Shown piece by piece: positions 24,604-33,984 of a DNA stretch of 34,060 nt. The notes beneath the pieces are model-generated. The model had not been told where the DNA came from. It saw only the letters and a program-made list of their open reading frames with translations, and ran no database searches. The DNA is taken from positions 1 through 34,060 of IMG/VR virus record IMGVR_UViG_3300032274_000030; one strand, written 5' to 3'. The position numbers and the translations under genes are program-made. The stretch's first letter is position 1; each line of letters starts with the position of its first letter. The stretch comes from a virus. Lineage: Duplodnaviria > Caudoviricetes.

Positions 24604-27600
24604 TATGGTTTTTGGGATAAAGCTCACTGCGGACGGCAAGCAACTTGTCGCTGAGGTGGGTGCATCCGCAGACGCTATTAATCGTTTAAATGGCGCGGTT
24701 AAAATTAATCAAGTGGATGCGGCGAAGATGAATGCCGAGGCTGGACGCTCGTCGGATGCATTACGGCAAGCAAGCACGAGTACGGATGCGCTGGCGCAAT
24801 CTCAGCAGCGCTCGGCGGCGGAGGTGCAACGGGTCACCGATGCACTGGCTCGAAATGCGGCCTCGGTGCAGGCCTATAAAGATCGGATGCGTGAGTCGGC
24901 AAGTGTTAATGCGCAAACGTCTTCTTCCGTCACAAAATTGCTGGATCGCTATGACCAGCAGGGCGCGAAACTTCGGCAGTTGAAGGGGGATTTTGAGGCG
25001 CTGAATCGGGCGGCGCGGTCGGGCAATGTTGCAATGCGTGATGATGGTCGGCTGGACATGGTTTACGCGAAGATGAAAAAAGAGATCGATGCGACTACTG
25101 GCTCAGTTGAGAATTTTTCAGGCAAGGCTGTAAAGGGGATGAATAAAACTCGACATGCGTCGGCTGGAATGAAACGAGAGTTGATGGTTATCGGCCATGA
25201 GGTTCTGACTGGTGATATATCACGCCTTCCGGGTAGTTTTATGGTGTTGGCGGAATCGTTCCCTAAATTAATCACTCCATTGAACATTGGCATTGTTGGA
25301 TTGGGGGCCGCAGTATTCGGTTTGGGGTATGCGTTAAAGTCAAGTGTGCACGATATTGAGTTAATGAATAACGCGCTCGTTCTTAATAATGAATACGCCG
25401 GAATGTCGAGTCAGGGAATGGACATGCTGGCATTCAGTATGACTAATAGCGGCAAAATCACTATCGGTACGTCGCGGGAAATTGTTACTGCAATGGTGTC
25501 GTCTGGCCGGATTGGGGTTAATGCTATCGGCAAAATTGCTGATTTGTCTGCCAGTTATGCGGCGGCAACGGGTGCTGATATATCAAAAATTGCGCCGGAT
25601 TTGATTAGGTTGTTTGCTGACCCGCTGAAGGGCGCGGAGGAATTGAATAAGCGGATGCATTATTTGACTGTTGCGGATTTGGATTATATCGAATCTCTAA
25701 CAAGAGTTGGCAACGTACAAGATGCTCAAATATTCTCGGCTGAAAAGTTTAATGTACAACTAAAAAAACAAAAAATACATGTAAGCGGACTCGCTCTAGC
25801 ATGGCGCGATTTTACTAACGATTTCGCAAAAATTGCTGATGCGGCATTAGGTGCCCCGCATCAAACAAAAATCAATCGCAGCCAGTCAGAAAACGACGCG
25901 GCTGCGGCAAAGCAAAAAGCCGATCAGGAGGCGCTTTGGGTTAGAGAGCAGCTCAAGCAAACCGATTCTTACAAAATTAAGCAACTGCAAGCTGACATGG
26001 ATCGGCTGAATGCGCAAAAGCAGACTGTGCAGGTTAAAGAGCGCGAGCTTCAACTGACTAAGCAAATTAATCAGATCAGTGAAAAGATGGTTAAAGGCAA
26101 GCACCCAGCCGCTGCAAGCGAATACGACAAGCTAATGGCGAGGCTCAAGGGTGACACCATTACCTCATCTGCAGACGCTCAGGGAGTACAAAACGGCTAC
26201 AACAAGTCTCAAATTAATGCGTTAAAGGTTTTTGCTTCGCCTGTCTGGGCGAAGGCGACTGACGCTGAACGGCTGAATATCGCAAAAGAGTTGGAATCAC
26301 AAATTGCTAACGATGCGCTGACGGCATCTATTAAACAAAAAAATAAAGCCACAGTTGACGCGGCCAAGGCAGCGGCAGATGAATTAAAGCATTACGACGC
26401 GATTACGTTGGCGGCGAATGATCGTATTTCCGTCCTGAATGCGGAAGCGGCAGCGAATCATCGGCTGACGCAATCTGAGCGTGAGCTGGCCGTGTACCAG
26501 GAACGCATAAAAAATGGCAAAACGGGTCTGGTCGGCGATCAAGTTGCAGCGCATGAGGCTCAGCTTAAAGCCAATGTCGATGCGCAAGCATTGGCCGCTG
26601 GCAATGCAGAAAAACGCCGATCAGATGCGGCGGCTCAAAAGCAAGTGGCGGCTAATTTCAAGGATGTATTTTCCCAGGTGTTTGCGCCTAATTCGGATGT
26701 GATGCAGGTGGCTGGCCATAATTTTGGTACCGCGCTTAAAACCTCGCTCACTGACTCTTTTTCCTCTGCGATATTTACTAAGCCGTTGGCGAGCTTTACT
26801 AATGGTTTGTCCTCCTCTTTGACTAAGGCGATGTCCGGTAATTTTAAGGGGATGACTTCTGCCGATAAAGGGTCGCTCTATCTGGCGGTGGCGGCGACGG
26901 CGGTGGGTTATCTTGGCAGTAAAGATACTCAGGTGACAGCGGCGCAGCGTCAATCTTTGCAAGGCTCCGGCTCTGTGTTGGGTGACTACAACGCAAAATC
27001 GGCCTCGATTGCGAAGGGTATTGAGGTGATCGCGGCAGCGTCGATGGCTTCTACTCCGGTGACTGAGAGTATGGCGGCTTCGTTGAAATCGGTCGATAAA
27101 AATATGTCGGACTTTTTGACTGTTGCTGTGAAATCAATGGGCGGGTCGTTTTCGGGGAATATGGGCATTACGCCTGGGGTGATGAGTAACCCTGCCTTGC
27201 GTGATACTGGGATTGTTGCCGGGGCCACTTCAGGCGCGGCGATTGGTAGCTATTTCGGGCCGTGGGGTACGGTGATCGGTGGAGCACTGGGCGCGCTGGG
27301 TGGGGCCACATCTAAAACAGATAGAGCGATTTCGGATAAGGGTTTGCAAATTAATGGCACGCTGGGCGATTTTCGCCAGGGCGGCGGGTCGATTAATCAG
27401 TATGTGTCTGGCGTAGACAATAGCTCTTCGATGTTTGGGCTGTACAGCTCCTCCGCTCCATGGCGTAAGCAGCAGGCGGTGGGTGGGGATGTTAATGGCG
27501 CGTTTGCGAATATCTTTACGGGTATCGCGACGACGTTTAAAACAGCGGCTACGGCGATGGGTAAGGATTCAACTACATTCGATGCACAGATGAATAAGAT

Positions 27601-29464
27601 GTCTGTGAACATCGGTGATTTGAGCTTGATGAATTTGTCTGTGCCGGATCAGCAGACGGCGATTATGAATGCGATTTCTAAAACCACTGACGCGATGGCG
27701 TTGCAGTTGTTCCCTCAGATGCAGCAGTTCAACGTCGCTGGCGAGGGGATGGCGCAGACGGCTATCAGGGTTGTGGCACAGAATGAGGCGGTGACGACGG
27801 CGCTGAATCATATGGGTGGCGCGCAACGCGTGGTGAGCAGTGGGACGTTTAAGCTGACAGATGAGCTGACGCGAGCCGCTGGTGGGCTGGATAAGTTGCT
27901 GCCAGCTATGGCGCAGTTTACGAAGTTTTATACAACTAGCTCGCAGCAGTTAAGCAATTCGTATGCTAAGTCTAAGTTTTCCGGCACGGTGCTTTCTGCA
28001 CTGGTGAACGATAAAACAACAGCGACGCAAATGGCTAACTATGTTCGCGCGGCGTTCGCCAGCGGGATTACACCTGAGTCTAAGATGCAGATTTTGGATG
28101 CATCGAACAGCTTCTCGGCCTTTTTGACATCTATGCAAACTGGGATTGATAAGCTGCGCCAGAGCTATGATTCTGTGATTTCAAGCCGTGATGGGCTGGT
28201 GAGTTCGGTTAAGAGTATTCAGCAGTTTAACGCGGGGCTGGCTGATTTTCGCCGTTCGGTGGCTGTTGATATGGCGGCGCAGACTAACCCTTTAGCTGGG
28301 TACCAATCTGCAAAACTTGTGTTTAGCGATATTGCGGCCAAAGCTGCCGCAGGCGATACAGTTGCGCAAAATCGCTTGCAAGGCGCGGGGCAAAATTTGT
28401 TGGCCGAATCTAAGGCCACGGCTAGCTATAGCCAGTATCAGGCGGATATGGCATCCGTGCTCAATGCCACAAGCAATACGATTTCGTATAACGATTCGAT
28501 GATTCAGAACGGCATGGATATGCTGTCTGCGTTGGATACGCTTAATAATATTTCGGATGTGGTTAGACAAAATACCTGGGCGACTAATTTAACGACGATT
28601 GATCTGGCTAAAAATGTTGCTGGGTATGCCGCCGCGACGAATCAATTTGCACTGGATAGCGCGTCTGCTTCTGATGCTGCGAATAATTCCTTGACTGATT
28701 ATATCGGCCGCACAGACGCGAATATGAAGGCGTTGATTTCGGCTATTCAAAAGCCGGTGTCTGTGTCGGTTGCGGTGACGGGCGGGAGTGGTTCGACTCA
28801 AGCTTCGGTGGCGGTGGATGCGGTGGTGGCTAATCAGCCTGCGCCTCCGGTTACGACGATTTTGCCTACTAAGGCGGCTCCGGTTGTGTTGCCTCCTCCA
28901 CCGCCTCCACCTGCACTGCCTACGGCCCCAGTATACGGCCCTGACAATCCTGACCCCGTGCATGTTAAGGCCAAAGCGGATGCGCTCCTTGCGTTGACCA
29001 ATTTGGGCGCTACGTTCGCCGCGCGCATGAACACTGGCGGCAGGTCTCTTCAAGAGTTAATTTCGGCGAATCAGAATGGTACGCTGTCAAAAGGCCTGCG
29101 GCGTCAAATAGCCCCGTATCTATTCGAATATACCAATAAACAGGCCGTATACAACGCTCTGCCTTCTTTTGATGTTGGGACTAATGCGCGCCAAATCACT
29201 CGCAATACGGTGGCTCAGGTGCATGCGAATGAGGAGATTAAGCCTGCTGCGTTTGTCGATTTAGATAAATCTGCTCGGGAGCAGACTAATAATCTGCTGA
29301 GCCGTTTGCTGGCGAGCAACGAATCCTTAACTGGCCAAGTGGCGGCGCTGAAGGATGCTCAGGATAAATCAAGCGGTAAGTTGGTTACGGCGGCTGAAAA
29401 GACGGCGAGCTTGTTGAATGAGGTGACTGCTGGCGGTAATGCGATGGCGGTGCAGATCGTATGA
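24596..29464 (+). CDS. Tape measure protein
   Basis: ~1620 aa, Ala-rich helical. RELMV.GHE...G....L.GS.MVLAE N-terminal motif and LPSFDVGTN...A.VH..E.I.P C-terminal motif. Follows the chaperones. Confidence 0.93.
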   Translation: MNDMVFGIKLTADGKQLVAEVGASADAINRLNGAVKINQVDAAKMNAEAGRSSDALRQASTSTDALAQSQQRSAAEVQRVTDALARNAASVQAYKDRMRESASVNAQTSSSVTKLLDRYDQQGAKLRQLKGDFEALNRAARSGNVAMRDDGRLDMVYAKMKKEIDATTGSVENFSGKAVKGMNKTRHASAGMKRELMVIGHEVLTGDISRLPGSFMVLAESFPKLITPLNIGIVGLGAAVFGLGYALKSSVHDIELMNNALVLNNEYAGMSSQGMDMLAFSMTNSGKITIGTSREIVTAMVSSGRIGVNAIGKIADLSASYAAATGADISKIAPDLIRLFADPLKGAEELNKRMHYLTVADLDYIESLTRVGNVQDAQIFSAEKFNVQLKKQKIHVSGLALAWRDFTNDFAKIADAALGAPHQTKINRSQSENDAAAAKQKADQEALWVREQLKQTDSYKIKQLQADMDRLNAQKQTVQVKERELQLTKQINQISEKMVKGKHPAAASEYDKLMARLKGDTITSSADAQGVQNGYNKSQINALKVFASPVWAKATDAERLNIAKELESQIANDALTASIKQKNKATVDAAKAAADELKHYDAITLAANDRISVLNAEAAANHRLTQSERELAVYQERIKNGKTGLVGDQVAAHEAQLKANVDAQALAAGNAEKRRSDAAAQKQVAANFKDVFSQVFAPNSDVMQVAGHNFGTALKTSLTDSFSSAIFTKPLASFTNGLSSSLTKAMSGNFKGMTSADKGSLYLAVAATAVGYLGSKDTQVTAAQRQSLQGSGSVLGDYNAKSASIAKGIEVIAAASMASTPVTESMAASLKSVDKNMSDFLTVAVKSMGGSFSGNMGITPGVMSNPALRDTGIVAGATSGAAIGSYFGPWGTVIGGALGALGGATSKTDRAISDKGLQINGTLGDFRQGGGSINQYVSGVDNSSSMFGLYSSSAPWRKQQAVGGDVNGAFANIFTGIATTFKTAATAMGKDSTTFDAQMNKMSVNIGDLSLMNLSVPDQQTAIMNAISKTTDAMALQLFPQMQQFNVAGEGMAQTAIRVVAQNEAVTTALNHMGGAQRVVSSGTFKLTDELTRAAGGLDKLLPAMAQFTKFYTTSSQQLSNSYAKSKFSGTVLSALVNDKTTATQMANYVRAAFASGITPESKMQILDASNSFSAFLTSMQTGIDKLRQSYDSVISSRDGLVSSVKSIQQFNAGLADFRRSVAVDMAAQTNPLAGYQSAKLVFSDIAAKAAAGDTVAQNRLQGAGQNLLAESKATASYSQYQADMASVLNATSNTISYNDSMIQNGMDMLSALDTLNNISDVVRQNTWATNLTTIDLAKNVAGYAAATNQFALDSASASDAANNSLTDYIGRTDANMKALISAIQKPVSVSVAVTGGSGSTQASVAVDAVVANQPAPPVTTILPTKAAPVVLPPPPPPPALPTAPVYGPDNPDPVHVKAKADALLALTNLGATFAARMNTGGRSLQELISANQNGTLSKGLRRQIAPYLFEYTNKQAVYNALPSFDVGTNARQITRNTVAQVHANEEIKPAAFVDLDKSAREQTNNLLSRLLASNESLTGQVAALKDAQDKSSGKLVTAAEKTASLLNEVTAGGNAMAVQIV

Positions 29465-30393
29465 GTGAGGTGAGTGTATTGAATCCGATCGCAATCACCG
29501 ACGCGATGCTGATTAGCTCTACAGCGGTTGAGCCGGATACGGGTCTACTGGCCTATAACCCATTAACTAATTATGCCAATGGCGAACAATGCGTGAGTCT
29601 GGTCACGCATCGGGTTTATACGAGTCAAGCGGCAAATAATCTGGGGCATGATCCTACTGATATCAATAATCAATTGGGGCTGACGGTCTGGTGGTTGGAT
29701 GCAGGATCGACAAATCAACGGCGGATGTTCGACGGTTCAAACAATACACAAACCGTGGTTGTATCGACCCTGACTTTTGTTTTGCGTCCCGGTTTTTTTA
29801 ATGCTTTTTACCTCGGCAATGTTGATGCCGAAACCATTGCGGTAGAGCTTAGAGATGCGCCAGGCGGTACGGTGATTTATAGCTATTCTGCTGCGCTCGA
29901 AAACAGCCAGCCAGCGGATTGGTACGAATATGATTTTTCTCCATTCCGTCCACAGCGTGAGTTTTTAGCGAGCGGCATATCTCCCTACAGTACTGCCGAG
30001 CTGACGGTCACGCTGTCGAGTCCGGCAGATTTGGTGAAGTGTGGACTTTTTGCGATTGGCGATTTACAGCCGCTCGGCACGACGCTGAAGGGGGTTGAAG
30101 TCGAGCCAGTGACATCTAGCATCTTTAAGGAAGATGCATGGGGGAATACGACGATTTCGCCTCGATTTAGCTCGCGCAATATGGTTGTGAGTGCGCGTCT
30201 CGATATCGCGGAAGCGGGTTATGTGACTGATGTACTGACCGAGACACAAGACAAGCCGTGTTTATGGGTCGGTTCTTCGAGTGTTTTGTATTCAAAAACA
30301 TGGATTTTTGGGCTCGGCAAAGGGAAGCTGACATATGACACGCCCGCAACTGGCTACTGTGCGTTGAATGTGACTGTGAAAGGATTTAAATAA
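29461..30393 (+). CDS. Tail tip / distal tail protein
   Basis: ATGA overlap with the TMP. P..ITDAML.SST, HRVY.S, W...G.TN...MFD and D.WGN.T motifs. Confidence 0.7.
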   Translation: MSEVSVLNPIAITDAMLISSTAVEPDTGLLAYNPLTNYANGEQCVSLVTHRVYTSQAANNLGHDPTDINNQLGLTVWWLDAGSTNQRRMFDGSNNTQTVVVSTLTFVLRPGFFNAFYLGNVDAETIAVELRDAPGGTVIYSYSAALENSQPADWYEYDFSPFRPQREFLASGISPYSTAELTVTLSSPADLVKCGLFAIGDLQPLGTTLKGVEVEPVTSSIFKEDAWGNTTISPRFSSRNMVVSARLDIAEAGYVTDVLTETQDKPCLWVGSSSVLYSKTWIFGLGKGKLTYDTPATGYCALNVTVKGFK

Positions 30394-30887
30394 TGGCAAT
30401 AACACCTCCAAACGGAATTGCACCAAGTCCCACCCCACTGCCTGTACGCGGCGACCGAACTACCTTTAGCGCACGTGTCGATGCGTTTATGCCCTGGTTC
30501 ACGGGGGCGGGTTTGCAGCAAATTTATGACTGGGCGCTCAACGTCTATAACAACGCGTCTTATATATATAGTCAGATGTGGGTGGTTTCGTCGCTCGTCG
30601 ACAGCGCGATGGGCGCGGGTCTGCAAAATGCGTCGAACAATGCGATTTTGGCTACTACGGCAAAAACAGCGGCTGAAACCGCGCGCGATGAGGCGGTGTC
30701 GGCATGGACTGCGGCGGTGGCGACTAACCCTAATCTGGATGCGGCTGTGCGGCTGAACCCGTCCACGATTTCAGCAGATTTTGTGGTGCCGAGTTTTTAT
30801 AACGCGGTGTCTACGGGGCCACTCCTCACGATTGGCAGGGGGGTTCATGTGACTGTTAATAAAAATGGTAGTTGGACAATTATTTAA
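30393..30887 (+). CDS. Tail fibre-associated protein
   Basis: P.P.RGDR.TF..R.DAF N-terminus and NA.S.GP..TI..GV.VTV...G.WTI C-terminus. Confidence 0.65.
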   Translation: MAITPPNGIAPSPTPLPVRGDRTTFSARVDAFMPWFTGAGLQQIYDWALNVYNNASYIYSQMWVVSSLVDSAMGAGLQNASNNAILATTAKTAAETARDEAVSAWTAAVATNPNLDAAVRLNPSTISADFVVPSFYNAVSTGPLLTIGRGVHVTVNKNGSWTII

Positions 30888-30899
30888 AGGAGGTAGCGG

Positions 30900-32273
30900 A
30901 TGAGTACTTTAGGGGTAGATGCGATTACGAGCAGTACAGGTGGACCAGTGTCATTCCCGGCGGGTTTTGTGATTGGCCAAGGTGCCGCTGGCGCGGTGAA
31001 CAACATTGGCATCCAAGGTCAACGCGGATTTGGCGTGGGAATTTGCCCTAATACATTACCGGCAGGCATGATTGAGATGACGGGTACTCGTGATCCATCG
31101 AGTGATAATTATGGTAATTATCAGTTTTCAGATGGGTCTGTGATGATTTGGATTCCGGCGTTTTATTACAAGTGGGGTACGGGTGCGAACGGTCTGGCGA
31201 TTAATCAGATTTCAGTTCAATCATTTGATGCCTACACCGATTTGGCAATAGCTAATGCGGCTGGCTACGCTCTGCATCGGGCGTTTTACGACGGAGGCGC
31301 GGTTCAACCGGGGTTTTTTCGTGATAAATATAAGTGTTCGAATAATGGAGGTGTCGCGTCGAGTGTTAAAAATGGCATCCCACTTGGTAGCGCACAGCGC
31401 GGCACCTTGTCAGCAGCTGTATTTTCTGCATGCACTGGCAACGGACAGGCACCTGCCAATACCTACGCCGGGGCTATTGCTGCGGCGAAGTCGCGAGGCG
31501 CTAATTTCTTTTCGTCCAGCCTTTTCATGCGAGCGGCGATGGCATTGCTAAGCGTTGCGCACGGGCAGGCGGCTACGGGTACACAGTTTTGTGCTTGGTA
31601 CGATGCAACCGGCGTAAAAAACTTCCCAAAAGGCTGCAATAACAATGCATTGGGTGACGCGAGCGACTCAACGATGGCATTTGTTTCTGACGGAAACGGA
31701 ACCTATGCAGGAGCAGGAAAAACAGGTAGCGCAAATTTTTTCAGCCGCAGCGCGCATAACGGACAGAACTGCGGTTCAGTAGATGACAACGGTATGCTCT
31801 ATGAAGTATGTCTTGGACTCACATCGAACGGAACCAACATCTACATCCTGAACACCGCCGTTGCCATGAAAAACATGACCGGTGGCAATGCACTATCACC
31901 GACGGATGCATGGGGCGCGACCGGTCTAGCTGCGCAATACACTAGCCTCGGTACTACGTTCGGCGCGTTGTGGGCGACCGGTGCGAGCCGCACTGCTTAT
32001 TTTGGATCAGCAACTCAAGTATTTGATGCGGCTGCCAGTGGTAATGCATGGAATGCAACAGGGGCAGGCATCCCGCTGGCTACGGGGGTCGGCGGGACTA
32101 ATGCTTTTGGCAACGACTTTCTCTCTGACAACACTCATGCCAATGAGATGTGTCCTATCGCCTGCGGCGGTTGGGACGGTGCTGCGAGCGCGGGCGTGTG
32201 GTCTCTGGCTTTGAGCGATGTTCGGGTCACGTCGAACAGTTCCGTGGGCTTCCGGGCGGCCTTGTATCTTTGA
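30900..32273 (+). CDS. Receptor-binding tail protein with C-type-lectin (Mtd-like) C-terminus
   Basis: AAGGAGGT RBS. M.WIPAFYY, HRAF...G....GFF.DKY, D.NG...E and terminal GGW.....AGVW.L........S...VGFR motifs. Confidence 0.8.
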   Translation: MSTLGVDAITSSTGGPVSFPAGFVIGQGAAGAVNNIGIQGQRGFGVGICPNTLPAGMIEMTGTRDPSSDNYGNYQFSDGSVMIWIPAFYYKWGTGANGLAINQISVQSFDAYTDLAIANAAGYALHRAFYDGGAVQPGFFRDKYKCSNNGGVASSVKNGIPLGSAQRGTLSAAVFSACTGNGQAPANTYAGAIAAAKSRGANFFSSSLFMRAAMALLSVAHGQAATGTQFCAWYDATGVKNFPKGCNNNALGDASDSTMAFVSDGNGTYAGAGKTGSANFFSRSAHNGQNCGSVDDNGMLYEVCLGLTSNGTNIYILNTAVAMKNMTGGNALSPTDAWGATGLAAQYTSLGTTFGALWATGASRTAYFGSATQVFDAAASGNAWNATGAGIPLATGVGGTNAFGNDFLSDNTHANEMCPIACGGWDGAASAGVWSLALSDVRVTSNSSVGFRAALYL

Positions 32274-32297
32274 TTCATCATTTAAAGGAGTTTCATT

Positions 32298-32717
32298 TTG
32301 GTCACAATAATTTCATACATTAAACATATCACCCCTCAGATAACACGCACGCTGGTTATGCCAATGGATGTCAATAATCACGTAATCGGCACGGAGTTAG
32401 CTACTTTAGCGGATGCTAAAACATACATCTGCTTGCCTGCAGGAGCTAAATTGCCTGCAAATCAACCTCCAGAAATTGCGACAAGTATTGCAACAGTAAC
32501 GTTGACACCAGCACAGATTACGGAAATTAAAGATTTAAGCCCTCATGTGGCGCTAATTCGTTCGCGAGTGGTTTCGATGATTGCAGATAAATATTCGATA
32601 CAGGACGAAATTAAGATTTTAAAAGCTCCGCCCGGCTCAGTTGTTGATGCGTATAACTTGCACGTCAACAATTGCCGTGCGTGGGGCGTGGCAGAAAAAG
32701 CTAAGTTGGGGCTGTAG
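32298..32717 (+). CDS. Hypothetical protein, possible tail-fibre assembly chaperone
   Basis: AAGGAG RBS before TTG. I.DKYS..DEIK...YN..V..CRAWG..EKA.LGL motif. Confidence 0.7.
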   Translation: MVTIISYIKHITPQITRTLVMPMDVNNHVIGTELATLADAKTYICLPAGAKLPANQPPEIATSIATVTLTPAQITEIKDLSPHVALIRSRVVSMIADKYSIQDEIKILKAPPGSVVDAYNLHVNNCRAWGVAEKAKLGL

Positions 32718-32721
32718 ACGT

Positions 32722-32824
32722 AAAAAAAGACAGTGCGACCGTCGCAGGTGATGACACACCTACAACAGCCACCTCCTGCAGACAACACCTGCATTTAGCC
32801 TAGGCACCGTGCTGTGATCACAGC
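32722..32824 (-). ncRNA. Candidate ~100-nt structured RNA divergent from com
   Basis: Long G-U-containing stem that pairs fully only on the minus strand, U7 tail, extended -10 TGGTAGCCT (32839-32831). Confidence 0.5.
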
Positions 32825-32855
32825 GGGCGTAGGCTACCACGCTGGAGTGGTGCAG

Positions 32856-33044
32856 ATGCAAGAAATTAGATGTGGCAAGTGCAGTAAATTGTTAGCTAAA
32901 GCAGATTTTATCTGTATCGAAATAAAGTGTCCGCGCTGCGGCACGTTGAACCAAGTGATGAGCGCCTTGAGCGCCTCACCAGAACGCCTTGGAGCGTCTA
33001 TCCGAAAGGACACGCACCATGAACAAGAATCAACCGTTCCTTAA
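32856..33044 (+). CDS. com: Com-family zinc-finger translational regulator
   Basis: EIRCGKCSKLLA......IEIKCPRCGTLN. Directly upstream of the methylase, as in Mu com-mom. Confidence 0.88.
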   Translation: MQEIRCGKCSKLLAKADFICIEIKCPRCGTLNQVMSALSASPERLGASIRKDTHHEQESTVP

Positions 33045-33813
33045 CAACTTTAAACATGCACCGCTTATCCCGTGGATCGGCGGCAAGCGCCGTCTGGCCA
33101 AGCACATCTTGCCAATTTTCCCGGAGCATACTTGCTACGTTGAGCCGTTCGCCGGTGCCGCCGCGCTCTTTTTTTTAAAGGATCAGGTCAAGGTCGAAGT
33201 GTTGAATGATGTGAATAGCGATCTGGTAAACCTGTACCGAGTGGTAAAGCATCACATGGATGAATTTTGTCGTCAGTTCCGTTGGGCACTAACAAGCCGC
33301 GAAATATTCAAATGGCTACAGGACACCCCTGTCAAAACGTTGACTGATATACAGCGTGCAGCACGTTTTTTCTATCTCCAAAAAAATGCCTTTGGCGGCA
33401 AGGTGAGTAGCCAGTCCCTCGGCACTGCCACCACCAGTCCACCACGGCTCAACCTGTTACGTTTAGAAGAGGATTTGAGTCAGGCGCACCTACGCCTCTC
33501 TCAGACTTACATTGAGCACCTTGATTGGCAAGCTTGTATCGCCAAGTATGACCGCGCTCATACTCTGTTCTATTGCGATCCGCCGTACTATGGCACTGAG
33601 GGTTACGGCGTGGACTTCGACATTGAGCAGTACGACCGCATGTCCGAACTGGCTAGATCGATTAAAGGCAAGATGATTATCAGCGTAAACGACATCCCAG
33701 AGATGCGATCAGCGTTTGCTGGGCTCCACATGGAAAGTCTACCGATCACATATACGGTGGGTGGCGGAAAGAAGGGATGTAAGGCTGCGGAGTTGGTAGT
33801 TCGGAACTGGTGA
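33019..33813 (+). CDS. DNA adenine methyltransferase (Dam/D12 class) at the mom position
   Basis: PWIGGKRRL, YVEPFAG, NDVN and YCDPPY motifs. AAGGA RBS. Confidence 0.92.
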   Translation: MNKNQPFLNNFKHAPLIPWIGGKRRLAKHILPIFPEHTCYVEPFAGAAALFFLKDQVKVEVLNDVNSDLVNLYRVVKHHMDEFCRQFRWALTSREIFKWLQDTPVKTLTDIQRAARFFYLQKNAFGGKVSSQSLGTATTSPPRLNLLRLEEDLSQAHLRLSQTYIEHLDWQACIAKYDRAHTLFYCDPPYYGTEGYGVDFDIEQYDRMSELARSIKGKMIISVNDIPEMRSAFAGLHMESLPITYTVGGGKKGCKAAELVVRNW

Positions 33814-33884
33814 TCTGTCGGTGGTAATCGGCACGTTAATTATGTTGCCGATTACCATTGAATTAACGATATTCGGATAAAAAA

Positions 33885-33933
33885 CTGTGTCAAATGTTTT
33901 GCAAATCAGTGCCAAATGCGCCGCGCGCTTACA
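33885..33933 (-). promoter_or_regulatory. Right end (attR) with putative transposase-binding sites
   Basis: GTGTCAAAT at 33887-33895 and GTGCCAAAT at 33909-33917, ending CGCGCTTACA. Confidence 0.75.
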
Positions 33934-33938
33934 CTTAA
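33934..33938 (+). repeat. 5-bp target-site duplication, right copy (CTTAA)
   Basis: Immediately follows the terminal CA and matches 123-127. Confidence 0.9.
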
Positions 33939-33984
33939 GTGTGGAGTTTGTTGCAGAGAGCTTGCTGTAAGCCTTTGGATTTAC

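Larger units (their letters stand above)
128..33933. mobile_element. Mu-like transposable prophage (siphovirus-type tail), probably transposition-defective
   Basis: Begins TGT at 128 and ends ACA at 33933. Flanked by direct repeat CTTAA (123-127, 33934-33938). Inverted end motifs lie 16 bp inside each end. Mu-like gene order throughout. Confidence 0.95.

Noticed and set aside
30900-33813. Complete DGR or Gin-type invertible tail-fibre segment
   Set aside because: No reverse transcriptase, template repeat, invertase or inverted fibre gene is visible.
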